Shown: one piece after another, positions 26,006-36,001 of the stretch
Numbering within the stretch: the stretch's first letter is position 1
How the letters are laid out: each line of letters starts with the position of its first letter
From: Geopsychrobacteraceae bacterium
GTDB taxonomy: Bacteria; Desulfobacterota; Desulfuromonadia; Desulfuromonadales; Geopsychrobacteraceae
Assembly: GCA_963662315.1 (NCBI GenBank)
Contig: OY759353.1
Coordinates: 4,480,001-4,544,000, forward strand
Length of the DNA stretch: 64,000 bases
Reading direction: 5' to 3'
Made by a program: the position numbers and the translations under genes
Notes under the pieces: generated by a model
Database searches by the model: none
Told to the model about the DNA's origin: nothing
What the model saw: only the letters and a program-made list of their open reading frames with translations

Positions 26006-28575
26006 GTTTGCATGGAGGCAATCTAAACGCTGCTGCCGTCCTGGCAGGTATCCCTCGAAGCGAGCTGCTCGATTTTTCGGCCAATATCAATCCCCTTGGC
26101 TTTCCCGACTGGTTGCGCCCGCTGATCAGTTCCAGCGTTGAAGCACTGCTTCATTATCCTGACCCTGAGTGTACCGAACTGCTTGCCGCCATGTCTGCCA
26201 CATTGGATGTCCCGACGGAAATGCTCGTGGTCGGTAACGGTGCCAGTGAGTTACTGGCCGCATTACCGCGGGTACTTGCCTGTCGTAGTCTGTTATTGCC
26301 GGTACCCAGCTATATTGAATATCGTCTGGCGGCGGAACAGTCTGGGGTGATGGTTGAACCCTTTGTGCTGACTGCCGAAACCGACTTTGCGCTTGATACC
26401 CAACGCCTGAAGCAGGCGCTTAAACCGGGGCAGATGGTGATTATCGGGCAGCCGAACAATCCGACCGGCACCTTGTGTTCTCGAGAGGACTTACTCGCTG
26501 TCATTACCAGTTGCCCGGACAATGTCTTTGTTATTGATGAATCGTTCATCGATTTCTGTGACGTCGATAGCTATTCCTTGCGCCAACAGAGCCTGGACAA
26601 TCTGATTGTTGTTCAGTCTTTGACCAAAGCCTGGGGGATTCCCGGGCTGCGCCTTGGTTTTGTGATTGCGCCGCCTGCGGTGGCGAAGCAGCTTAAAGCG
26701 GCATTGCCTGTCTGGTCGGTCAATGTCCTGGCACAGGTCGTTGGTACCCGCGCTTTTCAGGATAACGAGTTTCTGCCTGCGACGCGCCATTATGTGGATC
26801 AGCAGCGGGATCTGCTCTTTAAGCGTCTGGCGGCGTTGCCGGGATTAACCCCGTTGGCCGGTTCTGCCAACTTTCTGCTGGTGCGGGTCGATCCGCAGCG
26901 CATAGCGGCCGCGGCGCTCATCAAGGCGTTGCTGAAGAAGGGCATCATGGTGCGGCGCTGCGATAATTTCGATGGCTTGGGCGACAATTATGTCCGCATC
27001 GCTGTGCGCAATGAAGATGAAAACCGGCGTTTGTGCGACGCCCTGGAAAGTGTTTTGCAGCCGGTCTCCAAAGGAATCTCCAGAACCCGTAAAACTCCGG
27101 CCCTTATGTTTCAGGGCACGGGCTCGAACGCCGGTAAGAGTATCCTGACCGCGGCCATGTGCCGTATCCTGCAGCAGGATGGTGTCCGTGTTGCTCCCTT
27201 TAAGGCTCAGAATATGTCACTGAACTCCTGTGTCACGTTCCAGGGGGGGGAAATGGGACGCGCCCAGGTGCTGCAGGCCCAGGCGGCCCGTCTTGATCCC
27301 GATGTACGCATGAACCCGGTGCTGTTAAAGCCGAGCAGCAGGACCGGATCGCAGGTGATTGTCTGTGGCAAGGTGCTTGAGACCATGGATTTTAAAGATT
27401 ATGCAGCGCGTCGAGCCGCGATCTTCAGTGACGTTCGCGATTGTTATGACAGTCTTGCAGCGGAGCATCAGGTTATGGTGCTTGAAGGTGCCGGCAGTCC
27501 AGCCGAGATCAATTTGAAATCACGCGACATTGTCAATATGAATATGGCCCGCTATGCGGAGGCCAGGGTTCTGCTGGTGGGCGACATTGACCGCGGCGGT
27601 GTTTTCGCCTCTTTTGTCGGCACCATGGAGCTGCTCAACGAGTGGGAACGTGGTCTGGTTGAAGGTTTTGTCATCAATCGCTTCCGTGGTGATGCGACGT
27701 TACTGGGAGATGCTCTGGAGCGCACCAGTCTGCATAGTGGCAAACCGTTTCTGGGGGTGGTTCCGTATTTACCTCAGCTGGGGTTACCGGAAGAGGACTC
27801 TGTAGATTTCAAAGATGGTCTGCTCGAAACAACGCGGCCTGTTGGTGATGTGCTCGATATCGCTCTGGTTGATCTGCCGCATATTTCCAACTTTACCGAC
27901 TTTGATGCTCTGCGCGAAGCACAAGATGCTCATGTGCGTAAGGTCACCCGGGTGGTTGATTTGGGCACTCCTGATGTTGTTATTCTGCCCGGCAGCAAGA
28001 ATGTCATTCATGATCTTGGCTGGTTAAAAGACAGCGGTTTTGCCGGTGCCGTGCAACACCTGGCTGCAAGTGGAACGACCGAGGTTGTCGGTATCTGTGG
28101 GGGCTATCAGCTGTTGGGGCAAAAAATTTCGGATCCCCACGGCATTGAGTCCAGCGGACTTGAGTGCCAGGGGCTGGGCTTGCTCGACATGAACACCATT
28201 CTGGCCCCGCAGAAGACCACCACCAGCTGTCAGGCACGACACCTGGGTTCAGGCGAGGTTTTGCGCGGCTATGAAATTCACCATGGTTTAAGTACCGGTA
28301 ATAATGTAGACCCTTTGGTTGAGCGTAATGATGGTATGCCATTGGGGTGCAGTGCTCAGGGGCGTGACTGGATCTGGGGAACCTATCTGCATGGTGTGTT
28401 TGACGCCGACGGTTTCCGCAACTGGTTTCTGGACCGGGTGCGCATGCGGAAAGGGTGGGTAGCTTTGGGAAGCTCCCGCGCTGTTTATGATCTGGAACCT
28501 GCCCTTGACCGCCTGGCTTCTCATGTGCGTGAGCATCTGGATATGGAACGCATTTACCGGATTCTGAAACTGTGA
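26002..28575 (+). CDS. cobD-cobQ: Fused threonine-phosphate decarboxylase (CobD) and cobyric acid synthase (CobQ/CbiP)
   Basis: HGGN, DFSANINP, PNNPTG, SLTKAWGIPGLRLG; then MFQGTGSNAGKS, PFKAQNM, EGAGSPAE, GICGGYQ, GYEIH, GTYLHG. Confidence 0.93.
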   Translation: MSLHGGNLNAAAVLAGIPRSELLDFSANINPLGFPDWLRPLISSSVEALLHYPDPECTELLAAMSATLDVPTEMLVVGNGASELLAALPRVLACRSLLLPVPSYIEYRLAAEQSGVMVEPFVLTAETDFALDTQRLKQALKPGQMVIIGQPNNPTGTLCSREDLLAVITSCPDNVFVIDESFIDFCDVDSYSLRQQSLDNLIVVQSLTKAWGIPGLRLGFVIAPPAVAKQLKAALPVWSVNVLAQVVGTRAFQDNEFLPATRHYVDQQRDLLFKRLAALPGLTPLAGSANFLLVRVDPQRIAAAALIKALLKKGIMVRRCDNFDGLGDNYVRIAVRNEDENRRLCDALESVLQPVSKGISRTRKTPALMFQGTGSNAGKSILTAAMCRILQQDGVRVAPFKAQNMSLNSCVTFQGGEMGRAQVLQAQAARLDPDVRMNPVLLKPSSRTGSQVIVCGKVLETMDFKDYAARRAAIFSDVRDCYDSLAAEHQVMVLEGAGSPAEINLKSRDIVNMNMARYAEARVLLVGDIDRGGVFASFVGTMELLNEWERGLVEGFVINRFRGDATLLGDALERTSLHSGKPFLGVVPYLPQLGLPEEDSVDFKDGLLETTRPVGDVLDIALVDLPHISNFTDFDALREAQDAHVRKVTRVVDLGTPDVVILPGSKNVIHDLGWLKDSGFAGAVQHLAASGTTEVVGICGGYQLLGQKISDPHGIESSGLECQGLGLLDMNTILAPQKTTTSCQARHLGSGEVLRGYEIHHGLSTGNNVDPLVERNDGMPLGCSAQGRDWIWGTYLHGVFDADGFRNWFLDRVRMRKGWVALGSSRAVYDLEPALDRLASHVREHLDMERIYRILKL

Positions 28576-29510
28576 TCTCTTTGTCGTGGCAGATTCTGCT
28601 GGCGCTGGCGCTGGACGCACTATGTGGTGATCCGCGCTGGCTGCCCCATCCGGTGAAAGGGATCGGCTGGCTGGCCCGGCGGGTTGAAGAACCGTTACGC
28701 AAAGTGTTGCCCGAACGGCAGGCTGGCATTGCGGTCGTTATTATGGTGATTGGTGGCACGGTTGGCTGTGGGGTTGTGGTTCAGCAGTTGTTCACCCTGT
28801 TGCATCCGTTGCTGGGTGATCTGGTGAGCATTATTCTGCTCTATACCTGCTTCGCCATGCAGGATCTGCGGCGCCATGCTCTGGCTGTCTATCGACCGTT
28901 ACAGGCTGGCGATCTGGTTGCTGCCCGTGAACGGGTGTCCTGGCTCGTTGGTCGAGATACAGCGGATCTGGATGAAGGGGAAGTTACTCGGGCAACGGTT
29001 GAAAGCGTAGCTGAAAATACCGTTGACGGTGTGACAGCACCACTTTTTTATGCGCTTATCGCCGGGTTGCCGGGGGCGTTGTTCTATAAGGCGGTCAATA
29101 CACTGGATTCGAACTTCGGCTACAAAAACGAGCGTTATCTTCATTTTGGCTGGGCCCCGGCCCGCTTCGATGATCTGGTCAACTTTGTCCCGGCCCGTCT
29201 GACCGCACTGCTGGTCCCTGCTGCTGCGGCTGTTTGTGGTTATGACTGGCGGCGTAGCTGGCGCATTTTCTGCCGTGATCGCCATCAGCACCCGAGTCCC
29301 AACGGTGGCCAGATCGAAGCCGCCATGGCCGGAGCTCTGGGGGTGAGACTGGGAGGAGAGAACAGTTACTTTGGCAAGAAATCGTTTCGCCCCTACATGG
29401 GGGATGCCGATCAGCCGTTGCAGAGTAAGCATATTCTGCACGTTGTGAAGTTGATGGTTGTGACGACGCTGTTGGTGCTTATTGTTGGTTTGTTGCTGCG
29501 GAATTTTTAG
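28572..29510 (+). CDS. cbiB: Adenosylcobinamide-phosphate synthase
   Basis: GDPRWLPHPV, LVGRDT, ESVAEN, YKAVNTLDS, HPSPNGG. Confidence 0.95.
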   Translation: MISLSWQILLALALDALCGDPRWLPHPVKGIGWLARRVEEPLRKVLPERQAGIAVVIMVIGGTVGCGVVVQQLFTLLHPLLGDLVSIILLYTCFAMQDLRRHALAVYRPLQAGDLVAARERVSWLVGRDTADLDEGEVTRATVESVAENTVDGVTAPLFYALIAGLPGALFYKAVNTLDSNFGYKNERYLHFGWAPARFDDLVNFVPARLTALLVPAAAAVCGYDWRRSWRIFCRDRHQHPSPNGGQIEAAMAGALGVRLGGENSYFGKKSFRPYMGDADQPLQSKHILHVVKLMVVTTLLVLIVGLLLRNF

Positions 29511-29523
29511 CGAACACAGAATA

Positions 29524-29553
29524 TTTGAAATCTCAAATTTGACATCTGAAATC
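29524..29553. repeat. Degenerate 7-bp tandem repeat
   Basis: TTTGAAA TCTCAAA TTTGACA TCTGAAA TC. Confidence 0.55.
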
Positions 29554-29588
29554 TCTCCTGTTGGGAGAGAAGGAAAGGCTAAACAGGT

Positions 29589-30110
29589 ATGGCAAAGAAT
29601 ATTCTCATCTTCACCGGTAACGGCAAGGGGAAATCAACGGCCGCTTTCGGCATGGCGATCCGTGCTTACGGGCATGGTCACAGAATCAAAATTCTGCAGT
29701 TCATGAAGTCTGATGACACCACCGGTGAAATTCATACGCTGCGTGAAAAACTTGGTATCGAGATCAAGCAGACCGGCCTCGGCTTTGTGCCAAAACCGGA
29801 TAGCCCGAAATATGCAGCTCACCGTGAGGCGGCCCAGAAGGGGTTTGCCGAAGCTGTAGACGCAATGCAGAGCGGCGCTTATGACCTGCTGGTTCTTGAT
29901 GAAATCTGTGGTTCGATTTCCTGTGGTCTGATTGATGAGGCGCAGGTATTGGATGCTCTGGCGCAGTCTCGTGACGATATCAATATCGCCCTGACCGGTC
30001 GTAATGCGACCGAGGCCCTTATTGCGGTTGCAGATACCGTTTCTGAAGTGGTGCCGATCAAACATGCCATGGAAGCTGGAAAACCTGCTGAGATCGGGAT
30101 CGAGTATTAA
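29589..30110 (+). CDS. cobO: Cob(I)yrinic acid a,c-diamide adenosyltransferase
   Basis: FTGNGKGKSTAAFG, QFMK, LDEI, LTGR, ADTVSE, GIEY. Confidence 0.93.
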   Translation: MAKNILIFTGNGKGKSTAAFGMAIRAYGHGHRIKILQFMKSDDTTGEIHTLREKLGIEIKQTGLGFVPKPDSPKYAAHREAAQKGFAEAVDAMQSGAYDLLVLDEICGSISCGLIDEAQVLDALAQSRDDINIALTGRNATEALIAVADTVSEVVPIKHAMEAGKPAEIGIEY

Positions 30111-31519
30111 TGACTGCCGCTGCACTGAGCATACCACGCTTGCTGATTGCCGGGACCCAGAGTGGAGTCGGTAAGTCGAGTATAACGCTGGCACTGGTTG
30201 CGGCGTTACGTCAGCGTGGGCTGGCTGTGCAGACCTACAAGGTTGGCCCCGATTATCTTGATCCCGGTCATCTGGCCAGAGTTTCTGGACGTCCCTGCTA
30301 TAACCTTGACAGTTGGATGTCGAGCCACGACTACCTGCGCGACCTGCTGGTACGGACCGGATGTGATGCTGATATCTGCCTGGTTGAAGGCGTCATGGGG
30401 CTGTTTGATGGCAGCAGCAGTCACAGCCTGTCGGGCAGCAGCGCTGAAATAGCCGCCCTGCTGGATATCCCGGTTGCGCTGGTGGTAAACAGCCACGGCA
30501 TGGCCCGTAGCGTGGCTGCTCTGGTGAACGGTTATCATCATTTTGAGGATCGGGTCCGGCTGGCCGGGGTGATTGCCAATCGCTGCGGGTCGCTTCGCCA
30601 TGCGGAGTTGCTGGCTGAGGCGCTGGAGGCTGCCGGGCTGCCTGGTCTGCTGGGATCTATCCCGCGCGATGGGTTGCCGCAATTGTCCAGTCGCCATCTC
30701 GGTCTTGTTTCTGCCGATGAGCAAACCTTGTCGGATGATTTGATCGCGCAACTGGCCTCTGCAGCCGAAACCTCGCTTGATCTGGATCAGTTGCTGGAAA
30801 AAGCCCATATGGCTGGCCCACTTTCAGGTTCAACATCATTGGGGCGCAATAGCGCTGAAGGACGACGCGTCAGGCTCGGTGTCGCTCGGGATGCTGCTTT
30901 TCAGTTTTATTACGCCGACCTGTTCAACCAGCTCAAGGTACGCGGGTGTGAACCCATATTTTTTTCACCGCTTACGGATACTTATTTACCTGCGGACCTT
31001 GACGGTCTGTACCTGGGGGGCGGTTATCCAGAGGTCTATGCCGGACAGCTGGCGGATAACCACGGCATGTTAGCTGATATCAGAAAATTTTGTGCTGCGG
31101 GCAAACCGGTTTATGCCGAGTGTGGAGGACTGATCTATCTGACCCTTGGGGTTGAATATGAGCAGCATCGCTACTCACTGGTCGGGGAGATTCCGACCTG
31201 GACCAGGATGCTGGACAAGCGTAAAACCCTTGGATATGTAACCGCCGAGTTGACTGCTGACTCACTGTTTGGCGATGCCTCAACCTGCTTTCGTGGACAT
31301 GAATTTCATTACTCGGAACTTATTCAAGAACCAACCGGCGCTGGCGGTTGGCAAGCTGTCTACCGGCTGACTCAGAATCGCGGTGGGCAGATCCGGCCAG
31401 AAGGGTACCAACGCGGTAATGTCCTGGCGAGTTATGCTCATTTGAATCTCGCTTCCCATCCTGGCGCGCTCGATATGTTTATCGCCAGATTGAGGGATTC
31501 CGAAGCTGTTTCTGATTAA
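30110..31519 (+). CDS. cbiA: Cobyrinate a,c-diamide synthase
   Basis: SGVGKS, KVGPDYLD, EGVMGLFDG, SRHLGL, GGGYPE, YAECGG, GHEFHYS. Confidence 0.95.
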   Translation: MTAAALSIPRLLIAGTQSGVGKSSITLALVAALRQRGLAVQTYKVGPDYLDPGHLARVSGRPCYNLDSWMSSHDYLRDLLVRTGCDADICLVEGVMGLFDGSSSHSLSGSSAEIAALLDIPVALVVNSHGMARSVAALVNGYHHFEDRVRLAGVIANRCGSLRHAELLAEALEAAGLPGLLGSIPRDGLPQLSSRHLGLVSADEQTLSDDLIAQLASAAETSLDLDQLLEKAHMAGPLSGSTSLGRNSAEGRRVRLGVARDAAFQFYYADLFNQLKVRGCEPIFFSPLTDTYLPADLDGLYLGGGYPEVYAGQLADNHGMLADIRKFCAAGKPVYAECGGLIYLTLGVEYEQHRYSLVGEIPTWTRMLDKRKTLGYVTAELTADSLFGDASTCFRGHEFHYSELIQEPTGAGGWQAVYRLTQNRGGQIRPEGYQRGNVLASYAHLNLASHPGALDMFIARLRDSEAVSD

Positions 31520-31556
31520 GAGCATGCTGAATACAATGTGACAAGGAGCTGTTTTT

Positions 31557-32240
31557 ATGACAGAGAGAGAAGACAAACCGTTGATTCATAAACTCCTGGA
31601 AGATCCTATCAGTGGCCAGGAGATTGAAGAATACTCGTTTGCGGTTATTGATGCTGAAGCGACAGGTTACCGTCATTCTTCCCAGGAATGGCAGGTCGTC
31701 AGACGCCTGATTCATACCAGCGCTGATTTTGCCATGAGTGACCTGATCCGTTTTTCCAATGGTGCGATTGCTTCCGGTTGCGACGCGCTGCGTGCCGGGA
31801 AAACCATTTACGCCGACAGCAACATGATCCGCAGTGGTCTGTCCGTGGCGCGGTTGCAGGGGGTTAATCCAAACTATACCCGCGATAGTATTTTGTGCCA
31901 CGTTGCTGATGAGGATGTTGCCGAACAGGCGCGCCAATCAGGTCTGCCACGGTCTTTGTTTGCGATTCGCAAAGCTGGAAAACAGCTCGATGGCGGGATT
32001 GTCCTGATTGGTAATGCTCCTGTGGCCTTGCTGGAACTGAATCGCATGTATATTGAAGATAATATTCGTCCGGCGCTGGTTATTGGAATGCCGGTTGGGT
32101 TTGTTCACGTTGTCGAAAGCAAAAAGGAGCTGATCCAGACAGGACTGCCTTCTATCGTGTTGACCGGCCGACGTGGTGGGAGCCCCCTTGCTGTTGCGGC
32201 GTTGCATGCCTTGTGTGGGCTGGCGAAAGATCAGGCCTAA
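31557..32240 (+). CDS. cbiC: Cobalt-precorrin-8 methylmutase
   Basis: IEEYSF, RLIHTSAD, IGNAPVAL, GMPVGFV, GRRGGSPLA. Confidence 0.93.
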   Translation: MTEREDKPLIHKLLEDPISGQEIEEYSFAVIDAEATGYRHSSQEWQVVRRLIHTSADFAMSDLIRFSNGAIASGCDALRAGKTIYADSNMIRSGLSVARLQGVNPNYTRDSILCHVADEDVAEQARQSGLPRSLFAIRKAGKQLDGGIVLIGNAPVALLELNRMYIEDNIRPALVIGMPVGFVHVVESKKELIQTGLPSIVLTGRRGGSPLAVAALHALCGLAKDQA

Positions 32241-32299
32241 ATTCTCCTGTTTGGCGCTGGCATAGGCCTGGCAGCAGATAGGTTGGAAGCATTGTTGAA

Positions 32300-33502
32300 A
32301 TGATACTCAAGCGTTTTAAGTCGGTTTGTCTGTTAACAACATTCATGTTGTGTTGTTTGCACCCCGTATGTTGGAGTGCGCCCTCTGCCGGTAGCGATCA
32401 GGTGGTTAAGCAACAGACCATGGTGACAGAAAAGAAAGTATCCTCTCGGGTCAAGCCGACCGGAGCAACCGGGAAAGCGTTTGAAGCCGAGGGGAAAAAG
32501 CAGAATAGCCCTTCAGACTACAGTCGTTGGCTCATGCATCTGTCCTTCTGGCCACGCAAAGGGATGCTGCTTCTGGAACTGGCGCTGTACATTGGTGCCG
32601 GGATTTTGGTCGGGCAGATTCTCGAAGTGTCCGGGACTATGCGTATTTTGTCGGTACTGACCTGGCCTCTTACCGCTCTTGGCAAGATTGGACGTGATGC
32701 CGGGCCTGCCTTCTTAATGGCCTTTCAGTCTGGGGCGGTGGCCAACAGTATGCTGGTCGGTCAACGTGATGCCGGGACCATTGATAACCGGGAACTGTAC
32801 ACCTCTGTTTATGTCGTGTCGGCACTGTCTCTGTTTGCCCATCTGCCCACTTTTGTCGTGCCGATTGGCGTTGCCTTCGGCTGGGAGGCAACCGCAGCAC
32901 TGTTTGGCGTGCGTTTTCTGGCCATTGGTCTGCAGATCTTGCTGACGCTGCTGGTTTCCAGATTTATCCTGGCCCGTTACTGGCATGGCAGTGCCATTGA
33001 AGCTGACCGTGGCGAACAGGTTAAAATTTATAGTCGCCGCGAGCGCAAGGGCGGGTTTTGGGTTACTGTCTGGAAACGCTCACGCAAAACCTTACAGCGT
33101 TTACTGATTTGCCTGCTTCCGACCTTCCTTTGCATGTCGTTGCTCGAGTATTATGGTTTTTTTAAATGGCTCGGCGATACCATGCCGGAACTGTTTACTT
33201 TTAAGTTTCTACCCGTTGAGTCGGTGGCTATCATTCCGGCCCAGGCCCTGAGTCTGTATAATGGTGCGATTGCTGCTGCCAATTTCATCGATGCCGGTCA
33301 GATCACCACCCGCCAGGCCGTTATTGTTATCCTGTTTGGCTCGATGGTGACGGCACCGGTAAGAACTCTGCGCCACGCTTTGCCGACCTACATTGCCATT
33401 CTCGGTGCCAGAACCGGTATGGCTATCGCGATATCGGCCCAGATTATACGGGTTCTGTTTTTGTTGCTCTGCACCTTCGGATTAATGCTGTTATGGCGTT
33501 AA
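32300..33502 (+). CDS. Multi-pass membrane protein with two nucleoside-recognition (Gate)-like halves
   Basis: Signal peptide and polar linker, then ~8 TM segments; PL..LG......PAF..AF.S...AN.ML pattern; H-L-P motifs in both halves. Confidence 0.7.
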   Translation: MILKRFKSVCLLTTFMLCCLHPVCWSAPSAGSDQVVKQQTMVTEKKVSSRVKPTGATGKAFEAEGKKQNSPSDYSRWLMHLSFWPRKGMLLLELALYIGAGILVGQILEVSGTMRILSVLTWPLTALGKIGRDAGPAFLMAFQSGAVANSMLVGQRDAGTIDNRELYTSVYVVSALSLFAHLPTFVVPIGVAFGWEATAALFGVRFLAIGLQILLTLLVSRFILARYWHGSAIEADRGEQVKIYSRRERKGGFWVTVWKRSRKTLQRLLICLLPTFLCMSLLEYYGFFKWLGDTMPELFTFKFLPVESVAIIPAQALSLYNGAIAAANFIDAGQITTRQAVIVILFGSMVTAPVRTLRHALPTYIAILGARTGMAIAISAQIIRVLFLLLCTFGLMLLWR

Positions 33503-33526
33503 CAACATTTGAATAGAGAATTGATT

Positions 33527-34267
33527 ATGCATAAAAAAACTGCCCAGGCGGGTCACTTTTACGCTGTTGGCGTTGGTCCCGGGGAGCCTGACCTGCTGAC
33601 CTTGAGAGCCGCCCGGCTGATTGAGTCTGCTGATGTTATTGTGACACCGCAATCAGATAAGTCCGGGGAAAGTATCGCCTTACGGGCCGTGAAGGATTTT
33701 GTCCACGCGCAGGAAGTTGTGGTTCACCAGTACCCCATGACCCGGGAAAATGTCAAAACCCGGCAACGCTGGGCGGACTTGGCGCATGAGGTCAGTTCTT
33801 TATGCCTGGCGGGTAAGTCGGTGGTGCAGATCACCCTTGGTGATCCGCTGATCTATGCGACCAGTTCTTATCTGCTGGAAGCTCTCAGTGAATTACTCCC
33901 GGTTGAAAATCTGCATCTGGTGCCAGGCATCAGTGCTTTTCAGATGGTCGCCAGCCATTTTGGCAGACCTTTAACCCTGCAGGAAGATCGCCTGTTGATC
34001 ATGCCGGGGACGGATCTGGCTGCCGTTGAAAAAGCCTTGTCCAACTGCGAAACCCTGGTGCTGTTTAAAGCGGCCACCCGTCTGCAGGAACTTGTGGCCT
34101 TGCTTGAGCGTCATCATCTGCTGGCGCATACAAGTCTGGTCAGTGCGGGAGGGCAGGGAGATCATGAACAGGTTATTCCCGATCTGAGTCAGTGGCAGAT
34201 GGAACCTTTGGGTTATATGACCACCATGGTGATCCATCTTGGGCAGCGGAGCTGGCGGGAAGGGTAG
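33527..34267 (+). CDS. cbiL: Precorrin-2 C20-methyltransferase-like (copy 1)
   Basis: FYAVGVGPGEPDLLTLRA, YPM, ITLGDPLIYAT, VPGISA, LVLFK. Confidence 0.85.
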   Translation: MHKKTAQAGHFYAVGVGPGEPDLLTLRAARLIESADVIVTPQSDKSGESIALRAVKDFVHAQEVVVHQYPMTRENVKTRQRWADLAHEVSSLCLAGKSVVQITLGDPLIYATSSYLLEALSELLPVENLHLVPGISAFQMVASHFGRPLTLQEDRLLIMPGTDLAAVEKALSNCETLVLFKAATRLQELVALLERHHLLAHTSLVSAGGQGDHEQVIPDLSQWQMEPLGYMTTMVIHLGQRSWREG

Positions 34268-34270
34268 CCG

Positions 34271-35344
34271 ATGCGCAATGGTTTGACAACCGGAACCTGT
34301 GCTGCTCTGGCGGCCAAGGCTGCGGCCATGCTGCTGATCAGTGGGAATAAACCCAGCCGGGCCGAGGTTCCTTTGCCGGATGGCAGCCGGGTCAGTTACG
34401 CTGTATCTCAATTACGGTTTATGCAGGGTGGTGCGTCCGCCGCGGTGATGAAAGATGCTGGCGATGATCCCGATATTACCCACGAAGCCTGGGTCGAAGC
34501 CACGGTCTGCCTGAACGGGACCAAGAAAACCCGTTTTTTTGCCGGCCCTGGCGTCGGAACCATTACGCGGCCGGGATTGGCTTTGCCTCCCGGTGAAGCC
34601 GCTATTAATCCGGGACCGCGCGAGCAGATTATTGCTGCTCTCAATGAAGTCTGCCAAACCGGTTATGATGTGACGGTGAGTGTTCCTGGCGGCGAAGAAC
34701 TGGCACAGAAGACCTTTAATCCCCGCCTTGGCATTGTTGGCGGAATTTCCATTCTGGGTACCTCCGGGCGGGTTCGTCCGTTCAGTGTTCCGGCATTGCA
34801 GGCCGCTCTTAAATGTGCCCTTGATGTTGCCATCGCCAATGGTGAAGATGAGCTGGTGCTCGTTCCTGGCCATATGGGAAATCGTGCGGCACAGCAACAT
34901 TTCAAGGTTCGTGCTGAGCAGATTGTTGATGTCAGTAACGAGTGGGGATATATGCTCGGACTGGTTGCGCCGTTGAAATTAAACAAGTTAATGGTCCTCG
35001 GGCATCCGGGTAAACTGGCAAAAATTCCACAAGGGCACTGGCAGACCCATTCCTCCCAGTCTCCGTCACCATTGCCCTGGCTGCACCAGCTCTGTCAGAA
35101 ATTGAATATCAGCACAAAAACCGAGCAGAATACGGTAGAAGAGCTGTTCATGATCTCGCTGTCTGGAAAGGAACGTTTGTGCCTGGCCCAGAAGGTGGCG
35201 GGTGAGATTGCCCACAAAATTCAGGAAAAATTTCCGGGAACGCCGGAGGTGACAGTGGTTCTAATCAATCTGGCCGGTGATATTCTGGGGACTTCTGTCT
35301 GTACGGCTGACGAGCATCGTTTTGAGATGCATGAGGCGTCCTGA
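34271..35344 (+). CDS. cbiD: Cobalt-precorrin-5B C1-methyltransferase
   Basis: GLTTGTCAA, KDAGDDPDITH, AINPGPR, TFNPRLGIVGGISILGTSG, GHPGKLAK. Confidence 0.95.
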   Translation: MRNGLTTGTCAALAAKAAAMLLISGNKPSRAEVPLPDGSRVSYAVSQLRFMQGGASAAVMKDAGDDPDITHEAWVEATVCLNGTKKTRFFAGPGVGTITRPGLALPPGEAAINPGPREQIIAALNEVCQTGYDVTVSVPGGEELAQKTFNPRLGIVGGISILGTSGRVRPFSVPALQAALKCALDVAIANGEDELVLVPGHMGNRAAQQHFKVRAEQIVDVSNEWGYMLGLVAPLKLNKLMVLGHPGKLAKIPQGHWQTHSSQSPSPLPWLHQLCQKLNISTKTEQNTVEELFMISLSGKERLCLAQKVAGEIAHKIQEKFPGTPEVTVVLINLAGDILGTSVCTADEHRFEMHEAS

Positions 35345-35359
35345 GCGTGATGGTGCTGA

Positions 35360-36001
35360 ATGGCTAAGATGAAACCGATCATTGTCGCCGGCTGTGGACC
35401 GGGGCATCCCGATTACCTGTGCCCAGTGGTTAAAAAGGCCGTGGACAGCGCCCAGGTGCTGGTTGGCGCTCCGCATCTGCTGGAACTGTTTGCTGACCTG
35501 AACTGTGAACGGATTATCGTTCAGGGGAGCATGTCTGTTGTGCTTGAAAAGGTCGTGAACTTTGCGCCTCAGCAGATCGTGATTCTGGTTTCAGGAGATA
35601 CCGGACTGTACAGTCTCGCCCAGTTGGTCATCAAGCGCTTTGGGCGGGAGAATTGTACGCTGTTGCCGGGGATTTCATCCGTACAGGTTGCTTTTGCCCG
35701 CTTGGCCCTCGATTGGAGTGACGCACTGCTGGTTAGTGCCCATGGACGCTTACCGCAACTCACCACTAACGATCTGCAACAGCACGCCAAAGTTGCTATC
35801 CTGGCCGGAACGCTTGATGCTATCAACTGGTGTGCCGCACAGCTTGACATGCTGCACGATGAATATCTGGTTGCCAGTTGCGAAGATCTGACCCTGGCGA
35901 CGGAAAAGCTGCAGATGTTTTATCGTGGTAGCGATCTCGTGAAGGAACGTTTTTCTTCGCGGACCATTTTTGTTTTTTTACGGAAAGAGTTATTGGCTTG
36001 A
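35360..36001 (+). CDS. cbiE: Cobalt-precorrin-7 C5-methyltransferase (stand-alone)
   Basis: GCGPG, VSGDTGLYS, PGISSVQVAFARL, SAHGR; 213 aa, no CbiT domain. Confidence 0.9.
   Translation: MAKMKPIIVAGCGPGHPDYLCPVVKKAVDSAQVLVGAPHLLELFADLNCERIIVQGSMSVVLEKVVNFAPQQIVILVSGDTGLYSLAQLVIKRFGRENCTLLPGISSVQVAFARLALDWSDALLVSAHGRLPQLTTNDLQQHAKVAILAGTLDAINWCAAQLDMLHDEYLVASCEDLTLATEKLQMFYRGSDLVKERFSSRTIFVFLRKELLA

Noticed and set aside
28004..28759. Long antisense ORFs (this one, 44322-45146, 6835-7551, 4830-5453 and others)
   Set aside because: Shadow frames opposite well-supported GC-rich genes.
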